Below are positions 39,106 to 51,468 of a stretch of 64,000 nt of DNA, one piece after another (within the stretch, counting starts at the first letter, position 1; each line of letters opens with the position of its first letter). Source of the DNA: Verrucomicrobiota bacterium (GTDB lineage Bacteria; Verrucomicrobiota; Verrucomicrobiia; Opitutales; Cerasicoccaceae); contig JBCBUK010000001.1 in the NCBI GenBank assembly GCA_039818205.1, positions 192,001-256,000 on the forward strand. Reading direction: 5' to 3'. Made by a program: the position numbers and the translations under genes. The notes beneath the pieces are model-generated. The model made no database searches, was not told the origin of the DNA, and saw nothing but the letters and a program-made list of their open reading frames with translations.

Positions 39106-41085
39106 ATGAGCAAAGTTTTAGGTATAGACTTAGGCACGACGAATTCCTGCATGGCAGTCATGGAGGGCGGGGAGCCCGTCGTGATTCCCAATAGCGAAGG
39201 TGCGCGTACCACGCCATCCGTAGTCGCATTCGCCAAGAATGGCGAGCGCTTGGTTGGCCAAGCTGCAAAGCGCCAGGCTATTACCAATCCCCACAACACG
39301 ATTTTTTCCGCAAAACGCCTGATCGGACGTAAGTTCACGGAAGTTCAGGAGGAATCCAAGCACCTTCCCTACAAGGTAGTCGAAGGAAAAAATGGTGATG
39401 CCCAAATTGAGGTTACCGTTAGCGGCGAATCCAAGCAACATGCGCCGGAAGAGATTTCCGCGATGATCCTCGGTAAACTGAAGGCAGACGCCGAAGCTTA
39501 CCTCGGGGAAACCATTAACCAGGCCGTTATCACGGTTCCTGCATACTTTAACAACCCAGAGCGCCAAGCCACTAAGGACGCCGGCAAAATTGCTGGTCTC
39601 GAAGTGCTTCGCGTTATCAATGAGCCAACCGCAGCGTCCCTCGCCTACGGCCTCGACAAGAAGTCCGACGAAACCATCGCCGTTTATGACCTCGGTGGTG
39701 GCACCTTCGATATCTCCATCCTTGAAATCGGTGATGGCGTCTTCGAAGTTAAGGCAACCAACGGTGACACCCACCTCGGTGGTGACAACTGGGACAGCGC
39801 GTTGATCAACTGGCTCAACGACGAGTTTAAGTCGCAAAACGACAGCAAGATTGATCTGTTGTCTGACCCAATGGCGAAACAACGCCTCAAGGAAGAAGCC
39901 GAGAAGGCCAAGATCGCCCTCTCCTCTTCTCAGTCGACCGACATCAACTTGCCGTTCATCACTGCAGACGACACGGGTCCGAAGCACTTGAACGTCACCC
40001 TCAGCCGGGCGAAGCTCGAACAGCTGACTGACGATTTGGCACAGCGCACAATCGTTCCATTCAAAAAGTGTTTGGAGGATGCTGACTTGTCCATGAGCGA
40101 GATCAACGACCTTGTATTGGTCGGTGGCATGACTCGCATGCCCAAGATTATCGACATCGCTAAGGGCCTTGCTGGCAAGGAGCCTCACAAGGGCGTCAAT
40201 CCGGATGAAGTCGTTGCGATCGGTGCGTCGATCCAAGGTGGTGTTTTGCAAGGCGACGTTAAGGACGTTCTCTTGCTCGACGTGACTCCGCTGACTTTGG
40301 CGATCGAAACCGCTGGTGGCGTGGCCACTCCAATGATCGAGCGCAATACCACCATTCCGACCAAGAAGTCTCAGGTGTTCTCCACCTATTCCGACAATCA
40401 GAATGCGGTCGATATTAAGGTGCTGCAAGGCGAACGCCCGATGGCGAACGATAACAAGCATTTGGGCAACTTCCGTCTGGACGGTATTCCACCGGCACCG
40501 CGCGGCATGCCGCAAATCGAGGTCACCTTCGACATCGACTCCAACGGTATTTTGCACGTCGGCGCCAAAGATAAGGCGACCAACAAGGAGCAAAAGATCT
40601 CTATCACTGGCGGAACCGGTCTCTCCGAAGAAGAAGTCGAGAAGGCCAAAGCGGAAGCAGAAGCTCACGCGGAAGAAGACAAGCAGCGCAAGGCATCTGT
40701 CGAAGCCCGCAATTTGCTGGATGGTCTCGTGTTCCAATCCGAGAAGCAACTCGGTGAGTTGGGCGACAAGCTCTCTGCGGACAAGAAAGCGCCAATCGAA
40801 GCCGCTCTGGCCGAAGGCAAGAAGGTTCTCGAAAACCAGGAAGCTTCCGCCGACGAGCTCAAAGCCGCTCACGACACGCTTCAAGAAGCCTTTGCTGCAG
40901 CCGCCCAGGAAATGTATGCGAATATGTCGCCTGAGGAACAAGCCGCCGCTCAACAGGCCGCAACTGAAGCCGCTGGCGCCGCCGGTGCCCCACCAGAAGG
41001 TGCTGCACCGACTGGTGAGACTCCCAAGAGCGATGACGACGATGTCGTGGACGCCGACTTCGAAGTTGTCGACGACAAGAAGTAA
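39106..41085 (+). CDS. dnaK: Chaperone DnaK
   Basis: [36 protein letters not shown]. Confidence 0.99.
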   Translation: MSKVLGIDLGTTNSCMAVMEGGEPVVIPNSEGARTTPSVVAFAKNGERLVGQAAKRQAITNPHNTIFSAKRLIGRKFTEVQEESKHLPYKVVEGKNGDAQIEVTVSGESKQHAPEEISAMILGKLKADAEAYLGETINQAVITVPAYFNNPERQATKDAGKIAGLEVLRVINEPTAASLAYGLDKKSDETIAVYDLGGGTFDISILEIGDGVFEVKATNGDTHLGGDNWDSALINWLNDEFKSQNDSKIDLLSDPMAKQRLKEEAEKAKIALSSSQSTDINLPFITADDTGPKHLNVTLSRAKLEQLTDDLAQRTIVPFKKCLEDADLSMSEINDLVLVGGMTRMPKIIDIAKGLAGKEPHKGVNPDEVVAIGASIQGGVLQGDVKDVLLLDVTPLTLAIETAGGVATPMIERNTTIPTKKSQVFSTYSDNQNAVDIKVLQGERPMANDNKHLGNFRLDGIPPAPRGMPQIEVTFDIDSNGILHVGAKDKATNKEQKISITGGTGLSEEEVEKAKAEAEAHAEEDKQRKASVEARNLLDGLVFQSEKQLGELGDKLSADKKAPIEAALAEGKKVLENQEASADELKAAHDTLQEAFAAAAQEMYANMSPEEQAAAQQAATEAAGAAGAPPEGAAPTGETPKSDDDDVVDADFEVVDDKK

Positions 41086-41106
41086 GCTTCTAAGACACAA
41101 ACAAAT

Positions 41107-41146
41107 GCCATGCGACCCTTGCTAAATGTGGGCGCATGGCTTTTTT
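41107..41146 (+). terminator. Stem-loop/terminator between dnaK and groES
   Basis: GCCATGCG(A)CCC...GGGCGCATGGC-TTTTTT. Confidence 0.7.
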
Positions 41147-41204
41147 CCAGTCCAAGCAAATCAATTTCTAAAAATCACACCAAAAACCCATAAAATAACT
41201 AAAT

Positions 41205-41513
41205 ATGGCAACCGCAACCAAAGTGAAGATCAAGCCACTCGGCGACCGCGTTCTTATTCAAGCAGTCGAAGTGGACGAACAAGTCAAGGGTGGCATCATC
41301 ATCCCTGACTCCGCCAAGGAAAAGCCACAAGAGGCGAAGGTTATCGCTCTCGGCACTGGTGCGAAGGATGAGAACGGTAAGGCTCAACCATTCAACGTAA
41401 AGGTTGGCGACATCGTTATCGTTTCCAAGTATGGTGGCTCCGAAGTCAAGTTCGACGACGTGACCTACACACTTGTTCGCGAAGACGACATCCTCGGCGT
41501 TGTTGAAGGTTAA
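41205..41513 (+). CDS. groES: Co-chaperonin GroES
   Basis: [22 protein letters not shown]. Confidence 0.99.
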   Translation: MATATKVKIKPLGDRVLIQAVEVDEQVKGGIIIPDSAKEKPQEAKVIALGTGAKDENGKAQPFNVKVGDIVIVSKYGGSEVKFDDVTYTLVREDDILGVVEG

Positions 41514-41565
41514 TTGCTTGTCGGCAAATTAGCTCTTCAAAGCAAAGTTAACGATCTTAACATAA

Positions 41566-43230
<1,665 letters not shown>

Positions 43231-43270
43231 GCAGCCTCCCGTTGCATCCTTTGATCTAATCACAACTTTC

Positions 43271-43306
43271 AAACGCCTCCGGATAATCCCGGGGGCGTTT
43301 TTTTTT
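43271..43306 (+). terminator. Terminator after groEL
   Basis: AAACGCCTCCGG...CCGGGGGCGTTTTTTTT. Confidence 0.88.
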
Positions 43307-43372
43307 GTCGCAGATCAAGCAGCGGACATTTAAGCACCAAAGGATTGAGCCGAACATACCCGCTAAGCATCT

Positions 43373-45388
43373 ATGAACAAAGGTAGCTATCGCCCAGAGA
43401 TTGATGGACTACGTGCGCTGTCAGTTGTCGGTGTGATGCTCTATCATGCCGATCTAGGATTCTCCGGTGGCTACGTTGGCGTTGACGTCTTCTTTGTGAT
43501 ATCCGGCTTTTTAATCACGAGAATCATCTACCGAGAGATTAACCAAGGCACCTTTACCCTGAGCAACTTTTGGACGCGAAGGATCAAACGAATCCTACCC
43601 GCTTCATCATTCGTCACCCTGGCAACAATACTAGCTGGCTACATCATCTTGGATCCGGAACTGCTATCGAGCCTTAGTCTATCAGCGATCGCCTATGCAT
43701 TATTCTTAGCCAACGTCTACTTTTATCGGCAAGACAGCTACTTCGCCCCAGCCCTGGAATCGCAACCGCTCCTGCACACCTGGTCGCTATCGGTCGAGGA
43801 ACAATTCTATGTCGGATTTCCGCTATTGATCCTCCTGCTCATTCGATTCTTCAAGCAATCGACTCCGCGGCTGCTGCTTATCATCGCGATCCTTTCCTTC
43901 GTCATTAGCGTTGTCGGCGTGTACGCCAAGCCTGCGGCGACGTTTTTCCTGCTTCCGACTCGTGCTTGGGAGCTTATGGCGGGATGCCTAATCGCCATAT
44001 CGGCCGACAGGATTCAATGGAAGAAGTCGACCCGAGAACCCCTATCCGCCCTCGGCATTCTGCTGGTAGTCGCCTCGATGCTTTTCTATTCATCCCAAAC
44101 GCCATTTCCTGGCTTGGCGGCGATATTCCCGGTTGGCGGAGCAGCGATCTTCATCGCAGCCAACTGCGGTTCAGGCACGCAAATGGGGCGTGTCCTCTCA
44201 CTCCGCCCATTCGTCTTTATTGGCCTGCTCAGCTACTCATTGTATCTTTGGCACTGGCCGCTTCTCGTCTACGGCAAATATTTGTTAGGAGCTCTATCAA
44301 TCAGCGCAAAGCTATCCATTATCTCGCTTACCTTCATCCTTGCCTATCTCAGCTGGAAATTTATCGAAGCACCATTCCGCCGAAAGTGGATCAACGGGCC
44401 TAAGTGGGCATTCTGTTTTGCGATCGCAACTGCACTACTAACCACCGGTATTTCGCTAAGCCTCTGGAATCAATTTCGCTCACTGGAAAACCTGGATTCA
44501 GAACTTCAAAAAATCGTTCATGACATATCCTGGAACGGAATCGAATACCAAAAAGAAGACGCAAAACTAGGCGTCCAGGACGACGAGCGGCCTGTCGATT
44601 TCATTGTATGGGGCGATAGCCATGCCATGTTTCATTGCCAACAAATCGATGAACTCGCCCGCAAGCTGGACCTCAAGGGCCTTGCCTACGTCAACCTAGG
44701 TAGCGTTCCAGTGCCAAATCTATGGAAGCCGGATCGCTCAGATGCGTTCAACGATCAAAACCAAAAACGGAACCTAGAGCGCAAACAGCAAATCATAGAT
44801 AGTGGCGTCAAAGACGTCATCATGATTGCGCGGTGGGATAGCTATATCAATGGGTATCTTGAAACTGAGATCGATGAATCCAAAGGCCGATATAAAACCT
44901 ACTCGATGGTCGCCGATTCTGATTCACGTGAGCTGACCTCCAGTGAAAGCTACGCGGCGCTGCAAAGGCAGTTCTCTCGCTTGTCGGAAGAATTCGCAGG
45001 CCATGGTATTCGGATCTGGCTGCTACTCCAGGTCCCCCATGCCCCTCATACGGACATTGCGAGGAAATTCTACCGCCTCGAACGCTTTCCCTGGCTCATG
45101 TCGGCAGACTTCAACGAGGGTATCTCGCGCGAAGATTACGAACAAACACGTCAGAAAACTTTCGAGCTGTTCTCCAATCTGCAAGGCGATCATCTGATGG
45201 TCGTCGATCCAATTGACGGCTTCTTTCCTGATGACCAACCGATGACGCTATTCGACGAGGAGCGCGCTTTCTATCGCGACGAAGACCACCTGACGGAGCA
45301 CGGTGTTAGCCGTTACTTAAAGACAACCCACGAAGAAACTCTGAAAGCAATCGCAGTGCAACCGAACAAGAAGCAAGAAACGAATTAG
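43373..45388 (+). CDS. OafA-like O-acetyltransferase (AT3 + SGNH)
   Basis: YRPEIDGLRA, GVDVFFVISGFLI, HTWSLSVEEQFY, WGDSHA, YRDEDHL. Confidence 0.93.
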   Translation: MNKGSYRPEIDGLRALSVVGVMLYHADLGFSGGYVGVDVFFVISGFLITRIIYREINQGTFTLSNFWTRRIKRILPASSFVTLATILAGYIILDPELLSSLSLSAIAYALFLANVYFYRQDSYFAPALESQPLLHTWSLSVEEQFYVGFPLLILLLIRFFKQSTPRLLLIIAILSFVISVVGVYAKPAATFFLLPTRAWELMAGCLIAISADRIQWKKSTREPLSALGILLVVASMLFYSSQTPFPGLAAIFPVGGAAIFIAANCGSGTQMGRVLSLRPFVFIGLLSYSLYLWHWPLLVYGKYLLGALSISAKLSIISLTFILAYLSWKFIEAPFRRKWINGPKWAFCFAIATALLTTGISLSLWNQFRSLENLDSELQKIVHDISWNGIEYQKEDAKLGVQDDERPVDFIVWGDSHAMFHCQQIDELARKLDLKGLAYVNLGSVPVPNLWKPDRSDAFNDQNQKRNLERKQQIIDSGVKDVIMIARWDSYINGYLETEIDESKGRYKTYSMVADSDSRELTSSESYAALQRQFSRLSEEFAGHGIRIWLLLQVPHAPHTDIARKFYRLERFPWLMSADFNEGISREDYEQTRQKTFELFSNLQGDHLMVVDPIDGFFPDDQPMTLFDEERAFYRDEDHLTEHGVSRYLKTTHEETLKAIAVQPNKKQETN

Positions 45389-45416
45389 GCGCGGATCCTT
45401 ATCCGGCAAATTCGAT

Positions 45417-46247
45417 CTAGGCACGAACAGCCCAAATCTTGACCTCTCCGTTGGCGGCAGCTTCTAGTGCCTCCGGGCAATACCTGACAAGATCAGCCTC
45501 GGGCAAATTCGGAACGATGCTCAATTGAAATCCGGCGTCGATTAGCCGTTCCGCCAAAGTTCTCGCTTTGATATTTCGCTCAGCCAACCAAGCTGGATGG
45601 ATCTCCATAAGCACCGCCCGCAAGGTCTTGTCTTGCAGCAAACTATCCATGCCGTGAAGCACGAGATCTTCCGTCCCCTCCACATCGATTTTGACGACAT
45701 CGGGCTTCGGTCGCGACCGAAAGAAATCGTCTAGAGCCATCGTTTCAAACTGCTCACCGGAAACCTGGGCCCGGTTGCTCGCATGGGGTAGGCCGGGTGC
45801 GCCCTCAACCCAGGAAACCTTGGTTTTTCCATCGCCAACAATTACGGATTTCCAATCGATCTGATGCAAGGCATTGAGTTCAGCATTCGCTTTCGCCAGC
45901 TTCAGGTTACTCGCGGCTGGCTCAAAGGCGTATACTCGAGTTTTCGGATTCGCCATCGCTGCCAAACAAGAAAACCATCCGAGATTCGCGCCGACATCAA
46001 CGACCACCGCAGCGTCCCGACAAGCTTCGATCCACAGCTTACTAGCCGAGGCCTCGTGCCACGCCCCATCCCGATACCGAGGCAGAAACCAATCGTGGCT
46101 GTAGGGATCATTCGTGTGAAAGCGTAACTCACTGCTTCCAAAATCAAAGGACTGGGGAGGAGAATCTCGCAGGGATTGCGATCGAACTTGATATCGCATC
46201 CGGCGCAACGCAGGCCAAAGACCAACACGAGTGAGTAGATCCTTCAC
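45417..46247 (-). CDS. FkbM-family methyltransferase
   Basis: VDVGANLGWFS, AFEP, KIDVEGTE. Confidence 0.9.
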   Translation of the reverse strand: MKDLLTRVGLWPALRRMRYQVRSQSLRDSPPQSFDFGSSELRFHTNDPYSHDWFLPRYRDGAWHEASASKLWIEACRDAAVVVDVGANLGWFSCLAAMANPKTRVYAFEPAASNLKLAKANAELNALHQIDWKSVIVGDGKTKVSWVEGAPGLPHASNRAQVSGEQFETMALDDFFRSRPKPDVVKIDVEGTEDLVLHGMDSLLQDKTLRAVLMEIHPAWLAERNIKARTLAERLIDAGFQLSIVPNLPEADLVRYCPEALEAAANGEVKIWAVRA

Positions 46248-46323
46248 AATTGCTAATTAAAGCAACCTCCCGCCAGGATGGCGAGCTGCATATCTCGACG
46301 ATTGGGCAACAGGCATCAACGAC

Positions 46324-48573
46324 TCAAAGCATGTCGACCGGATCGACGTCGAATACATCGATGACTTCTTCGTCCATGGGAAACTCCTTACGCAGCGCAA
46401 GGAGCGAGGGAAGCACCTTTGAGACGTTCCCGAGAAAATACCAAATGTGGAATCGGTAGGTGTCCTTCATCTTTTCTAGCGGTGCAGGAGCCGGCCCGCG
46501 AATCTCGACGGGATGTTCCAGCTTTTCCTCCACCAGGTCCGCCCACTTTTCCGCATAGAAAACGACTTTGTCTGGATTTCGCCCGCGAAACAGGTGCCTT
46601 ACGATGTGGCGATACGGCGGATAATGAAACTCTTTGCGCTGCTCCAATTCGACTTCCAAATAACCATCAAAATCGCCCCGACGCGCAAACTGAATCGGCT
46701 CGTTATGCGGCATGAAGGTCTGCACAATCACTTCGCCCGCCGTGTCTCCCCGACCTGCCCGTCCCGCAACCTGAACCAATAGCTGGAAACACCGCTCACT
46801 CGCTCGAAAGTCCGGTACGTGCAGGGCAATATCGGCATCAACCAGACCAACCAAGGTCACATTGGGAAAATCGAGTCCTTTGGCGATCATCTGAGTGCCG
46901 ACTAAAATATCGATTTTCCCTTTCCTGAAGTCATCCAAAATATGCCGAAACAGATGCTTCTTCGTCATCGTATCGGTATCGAGCCGGACAATTTTCGCCT
47001 TCGGAACGATGGACTGAATCGCCTCTTCGATTTTCTGCGTTCCGAAACCTCGCCTCTTGATTTCGACCGAACCACATTTCCCGCAACGCGACGGAGCTCG
47101 CTCGAAATACCCGCATACGTGGCACTTTATTCGCTCGTCGGTCCGGTGATAGGTCAAGGTAACATCACAATGCGGGCACTGCGCGACGAAGCCGCAATCG
47201 GGACATAGCACGCTATTTGAATAGCCCCGACGATTTAGAAACATGATCGACTGCTCTCGCTTCTCGAAACGATCGATTAACTTGTCCGCAAGGGCCTGTG
47301 AGATGTTGGCGACGCCATCACGGCGCATTTTCTCGCGGCGCATATCAACGATGTGGACCGTGGGTAGCTCCCGGTCATCGACCCGCTTCGTTAATCGGTT
47401 CAGGCGATAACGGCCCTGTTGGGCGTTATAAAGCGATTCCAGCGACGGTGTCGCCGAACCAAGCACACAGGTGGCTCCTGCCAACATTGCGCGATACACA
47501 GCAACATCCCTCCCATGATACCGCGGCGTCTCACCCTGCTTGTAGGCTGGCTCATGCTCCTCATCCACGACCACAAGGCGGAGATTTGGGATTGGCGCGA
47601 AAATGGCCGAGCGCGCTCCGACCACAACGCGTGCCTCCCCTCGAGCAAGAGAAAACCAGGCATCAAATCGCTCACCCGCGGAAAGGTGACTGTGCCAAAC
47701 GACGATTTTCACGCCTCCGTGCTCGAGCCGAGCTCGCAGGCGCCCAACCGTTTGTGGTGTTAGGGCTACTTCTGGCACCAGGAAAATGACCCCACCGCCC
47801 TCGCCCAATGCTGACCGCATCGCGTCGAGATAGACTTCGGTTTTGCCAGAGCCGGTAACTCCATGAAGCAAATGTGGGCGAAATTCGTTTTTCGAGAGGC
47901 TCACTCGAAAATCATCAGCGGCCGCCTGCTGCTCTTCATTGAGCACAATATCCTGGGCAACCACCGACTCGGAGCTCGCCAGATCATCATTGTAAACCGT
48001 CCGCTCTTCCCGTTCCTTAAATTCGCGGACTAACCCCTTCTTTACTAGCGCAGCACAAGCAGCAGCACCTACTTTCAAACGTCGCAGAATCTTGTTTTTC
48101 GGAATCGGCTTTATCTGTTGCTTGATGAATTGATAGAGCTGCGCCTGCTTTGGCGCCCGCTTTTCGAGCGCTGCCATTTCCTCATCATTGGCGATGCGCC
48201 CCAACTCCAACAACACCGCATACTTGGCCGCAGTTTGCTGGCGCACCGCGGCGGGAATCATGGTCTCAAAAACGACGTCGACCGAGCTTGCGTAGTAGCG
48301 CTGCATCCACCGTCCCAACGTGATCAGTTCACCATTGATGACTGGATCCTCGTAAAGTGCCTCAAATATAAACTTCAGCTTCTCAGGCGAAACCTCCTCC
48401 TGGGAATCAATCGAGGATACGATTCCCAACTGATTTCGATTGAGGAGCGGAACGCGAACCAGAGAGCCCACATGAACTTTGGACTGGAGACTAGGCGGAA
48501 CTATATATGCCAGAACTCGATCGAGGCCGGTGAGCGGCACGACATCGATTATCATCGGGTTTTCATCTGGCAT
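46324..48573 (-). CDS. priA: Primosomal protein N' (replication restart helicase)
   Basis: [16 protein letters not shown], CxxC zinc motifs, GTQMIAKGLDFP, QVAGRAGR. Confidence 0.98.
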   Translation of the reverse strand: MPDENPMIIDVVPLTGLDRVLAYIVPPSLQSKVHVGSLVRVPLLNRNQLGIVSSIDSQEEVSPEKLKFIFEALYEDPVINGELITLGRWMQRYYASSVDVVFETMIPAAVRQQTAAKYAVLLELGRIANDEEMAALEKRAPKQAQLYQFIKQQIKPIPKNKILRRLKVGAAACAALVKKGLVREFKEREERTVYNDDLASSESVVAQDIVLNEEQQAAADDFRVSLSKNEFRPHLLHGVTGSGKTEVYLDAMRSALGEGGGVIFLVPEVALTPQTVGRLRARLEHGGVKIVVWHSHLSAGERFDAWFSLARGEARVVVGARSAIFAPIPNLRLVVVDEEHEPAYKQGETPRYHGRDVAVYRAMLAGATCVLGSATPSLESLYNAQQGRYRLNRLTKRVDDRELPTVHIVDMRREKMRRDGVANISQALADKLIDRFEKREQSIMFLNRRGYSNSVLCPDCGFVAQCPHCDVTLTYHRTDERIKCHVCGYFERAPSRCGKCGSVEIKRRGFGTQKIEEAIQSIVPKAKIVRLDTDTMTKKHLFRHILDDFRKGKIDILVGTQMIAKGLDFPNVTLVGLVDADIALHVPDFRASERCFQLLVQVAGRAGRGDTAGEVIVQTFMPHNEPIQFARRGDFDGYLEVELEQRKEFHYPPYRHIVRHLFRGRNPDKVVFYAEKWADLVEEKLEHPVEIRGPAPAPLEKMKDTYRFHIWYFLGNVSKVLPSLLALRKEFPMDEEVIDVFDVDPVDML

Positions 48574-48617
48574 CCGGGCATGCTCCTAACGCTTCGCTAG
48601 CGGGTCAAGTTAAGTAC

Positions 48618-48649
48618 AAAAAAGAACCCGCGGATAACCGCGGGTTCTT
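48618..48649 (-). terminator. Terminator of the OmcB-like gene
   Basis: AAAAAAGAACCCGCGG-ataa-CCGCGGGTTCTT. Confidence 0.85.
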
Positions 48650-48672
48650 GAAAGAATTCGAACCGTTTCGAC

Positions 48673-50310
48673 TTAGTAAATCGTGGTGGATTCCTGGTCG
48701 AGGATCGGCACGGTGCGGAAGTTGGTCATGGTTTCCATCTTCGTGGTGATGGTACCACCCGAGCGACCAGTTACGGTGATCGTGCGGGTTACTTCCTTAC
48801 CTGGTGCAAGATCAACTGGGCCGAATGTCACGACCTGACCTTGAACCGAACCGCCAGCGCTTACGGAGTCGACCTTTACGTTAGCAGGCAATGTGATGAC
48901 CTGAGAAGTAATGGTGATACCTTCGTATGGCGACTGGTTGAGTGCCTTGATGGTGTAAACGGTTTGTTGACCAACTTGAATTGGGTCAATCGAGTCAGCG
49001 ATCGAGGTGTGAACACCTGGAACAGCCTTCCACAGGGTCTTAGCCGATGCACTGTCAGTCAAGCCGCGCTCGGTCTTAACCGATGCAACGTTGGTGAGGG
49101 TGCCTGGCTTAGCCGAGGTGTAGGTGAGGTTCCATGTGTGCGATGCACCTGGAGCGAGGGATGGCAAGGTCCAGACCACTTGGTCAGCGGTGTCGTCAGT
49201 TTGTGTATTCTGACTACCTGGACGCCAGTAACCATGAACGTTACGACGTGGGTCGTGTTGTGGGTTCATGAATACGGTCTTACCGGTGTCAACATCGTAG
49301 ACTTGACCACCCTTGGTAACTTGACCGTGGAGGATCGCACCGGCAGGAATATTGTCGGTTACGACAAGGTTCTTGAGGGTGGTGTTACCATCATTGGTGA
49401 CGGTGATCTTATAGTCAGCTGGAACAAAGATGTATTGTTCAGCAGGACCAGTCTTGGTGATCGAGATCGCGGAGCTAACAACTTCGATTGGAGCAGAAGC
49501 AGTAACTTCGGTGCCTCCGTCGAAGTTTGCGGTCGCGACGTTGGTGAACTTACCAACCTTGGTGGACTTACCGGTAACCTGGAAGGTTGCGGTGTCACCC
49601 GGCATGAGTGTGCCAGCGTTCTTGGTCAAGGAACCAGCAGGAGTAAACTCGCTTGGCATTGCATCCTTGATCACGGTCATGTCGGCAGCTGCGTTACCAA
49701 CGTTCTTAACCATGATGTTCCAAGTTGCGGACTCACCCAATTCGATAAGAGCTGGACCAGTCTTGGTGATGTTGAGCTTTGGCTGACCAACAAAAAGTGG
49801 CAGACAAACGAGTGGATCTGCGCGAACGACCGAGCAAACGTCAAAAGTACCAGTGGACGATGGAACAACCATCACCTTGATATTCTTGGTTTCGCCAGCC
49901 TTGATCGCTTCAAGATCCCAGCTAGGCATTCCGAATTGGTTCATAGATGCTTTTGGAGTCGCATCGCTGAACTTAACGGAGCTCGGCAGGAACTCGTCGA
50001 TTTCAACATTTGTCACGGGCTGTTTAGCCATGACGTCAATGTCATAGGTGTAGGTTTGGCCGACCGTGGAGCCGGAGCCATACCGCTTGGTTACTCGGAC
50101 CAGATGATCCTCGTAAACGACATATCCATCGCCAGATTGACGCTGAACGGTTGGAGCCGGTGCAGGAGCAGGTGCAGGTGCTGCTGCCACAGGCTGTGAT
50201 TGGGGGGCGGACGATTGACTAGCAGTTGTACCACAACCGGTAATCACCATCGTCGCCACTGCTAGCCCTGCAAACAGGGAACTTTTCAGTAGGGACATAG
50301 TTCGCTTCAT
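48673..50310 (-). CDS. DUF11-repeat lipoprotein, homolog of chlamydial OmcB (Cys-poor)
   Basis: Lipobox VITG-C, PA-rich linker, VGQPKLNITKTGP, WKAVPGVH..DSIDPIQVGQQTVYTI, C-terminal DQESTTIY. Confidence 0.8.
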   Translation of the reverse strand: MKRTMSLLKSSLFAGLAVATMVITGCGTTASQSSAPQSQPVAAAPAPAPAPAPTVQRQSGDGYVVYEDHLVRVTKRYGSGSTVGQTYTYDIDVMAKQPVTNVEIDEFLPSSVKFSDATPKASMNQFGMPSWDLEAIKAGETKNIKVMVVPSSTGTFDVCSVVRADPLVCLPLFVGQPKLNITKTGPALIELGESATWNIMVKNVGNAAADMTVIKDAMPSEFTPAGSLTKNAGTLMPGDTATFQVTGKSTKVGKFTNVATANFDGGTEVTASAPIEVVSSAISITKTGPAEQYIFVPADYKITVTNDGNTTLKNLVVTDNIPAGAILHGQVTKGGQVYDVDTGKTVFMNPQHDPRRNVHGYWRPGSQNTQTDDTADQVVWTLPSLAPGASHTWNLTYTSAKPGTLTNVASVKTERGLTDSASAKTLWKAVPGVHTSIADSIDPIQVGQQTVYTIKALNQSPYEGITITSQVITLPANVKVDSVSAGGSVQGQVVTFGPVDLAPGKEVTRTITVTGRSGGTITTKMETMTNFRTVPILDQESTTIY

Positions 50311-50538
50311 AGTGTTAGTGAGAGTTTTAGTGGTTTGGTTCGCGTAACAATCGGTACAACCGATGATTGGCTTAAGAGTTTGTTTGCAAATATTTCTACG
50401 TCAACAATCAAACGAAGATTGATAGGTCTCACCATTGACTAATAATTAACAAAATAAACGAACGAATTGAGCCTCTGGCGGTTTACTGATTGACCTGTCG
50501 GACCTTTGTCTCAAATTAGTCTCAATAAAATTATTGTA

Positions 50539-51018
50539 ATGGCAAACGACGACACGACAAACGTTCCCGTAGAAAACCCCAAAGAGACTTTTCAACAATT
50601 TCTGACCAGCAAGGGCCTGCGCGTTACCAATCAACGAATTGCGATTTTTGACGCTGCCTATGGCGCTGAGGACCATTATACGGCCGAGGACCTCCTCGAT
50701 CGTTCCCGCAAAATTGATCCATCGGTATCACGAGCGACGGTCTATCGTTCTTTGCCCATTTTGGTCGAGAGTGGACTCGTTCGCGAAGTCGATGTCGGTC
50801 TCGACAATAAATACTATTTGGCCAACCGCGAGAGCCGGACATTCCAGGCCCAAGTCATCGATACGGAGAATGACAAGATCTACGAGGTCGATGCCCCATT
50901 CATGGAATGGTATGGCAAAACCGTTTGCGAAAAACTGGGCATGGAACCCGTCGCCATGCGTTTGCAGGTTACCGCAAAGAAGCGGGCAACGAGTGAAGTT
51001 ACTGAAGCCAGTCAGTAA
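50539..51018 (+). CDS. Atypical Fur-family regulator lacking canonical metal ligands
   Basis: [25 protein letters not shown]. The HHxH-xCxxC region reads [11 protein letters not shown]. Confidence 0.85.
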   Translation: MANDDTTNVPVENPKETFQQFLTSKGLRVTNQRIAIFDAAYGAEDHYTAEDLLDRSRKIDPSVSRATVYRSLPILVESGLVREVDVGLDNKYYLANRESRTFQAQVIDTENDKIYEVDAPFMEWYGKTVCEKLGMEPVAMRLQVTAKKRATSEVTEASQ

Positions 51019-51024
51019 TTGTCG

Positions 51025-51396
51025 ATGAGCGAGGCGGACAACCAATTTGAGATCACCTTTTTCGAGTCCCTCCTCCGACGTATGCCGGATGATGTAGAGG
51101 TTCTCGAAATCCTGGCGGGTCTTTATTCTGACGAAGGTCGAATTGATGATAGCCTGCGGATGGATAGTCTGTTGGTCGACCTCCAGCCCGAGAACCCGAC
51201 CGCGCGCTACAATTTGGCCTGCTCGCTCGCGCTGAAGAGTCTCGACGAGCAAGCGCTCGAAACCCTGAGACAAGCCATCGACCTGGGCTATCGAGATGTG
51301 CAGTGGCTCAAGGATGACCCGGACTTCCGGGAATTGAGAAAACACCCCTCTTTTCAGGAAATCCTCGATGATCTCCAAGCCCGACCCACGAGCTAG
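51025..51396 (+). CDS. Short TPR protein
   Basis: PENPTARYNLACSLAL..AIDLGY..LKDDPDF. Confidence 0.85.
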   Translation: MSEADNQFEITFFESLLRRMPDDVEVLEILAGLYSDEGRIDDSLRMDSLLVDLQPENPTARYNLACSLALKSLDEQALETLRQAIDLGYRDVQWLKDDPDFRELRKHPSFQEILDDLQARPTS

Positions 51397-51468
51397 CTGA
51401 AAAGATTCTGACAGAATCTTGACGGCGGGCTGACGACATTGCCGCTGGGATTGATTATACTCTGCGGT

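Noticed and set aside
39130..41100. 656-aa antisense ORF opposite dnaK
   Set aside because: Well-known shadow ORF produced by dnaK codon bias; no independent signals.
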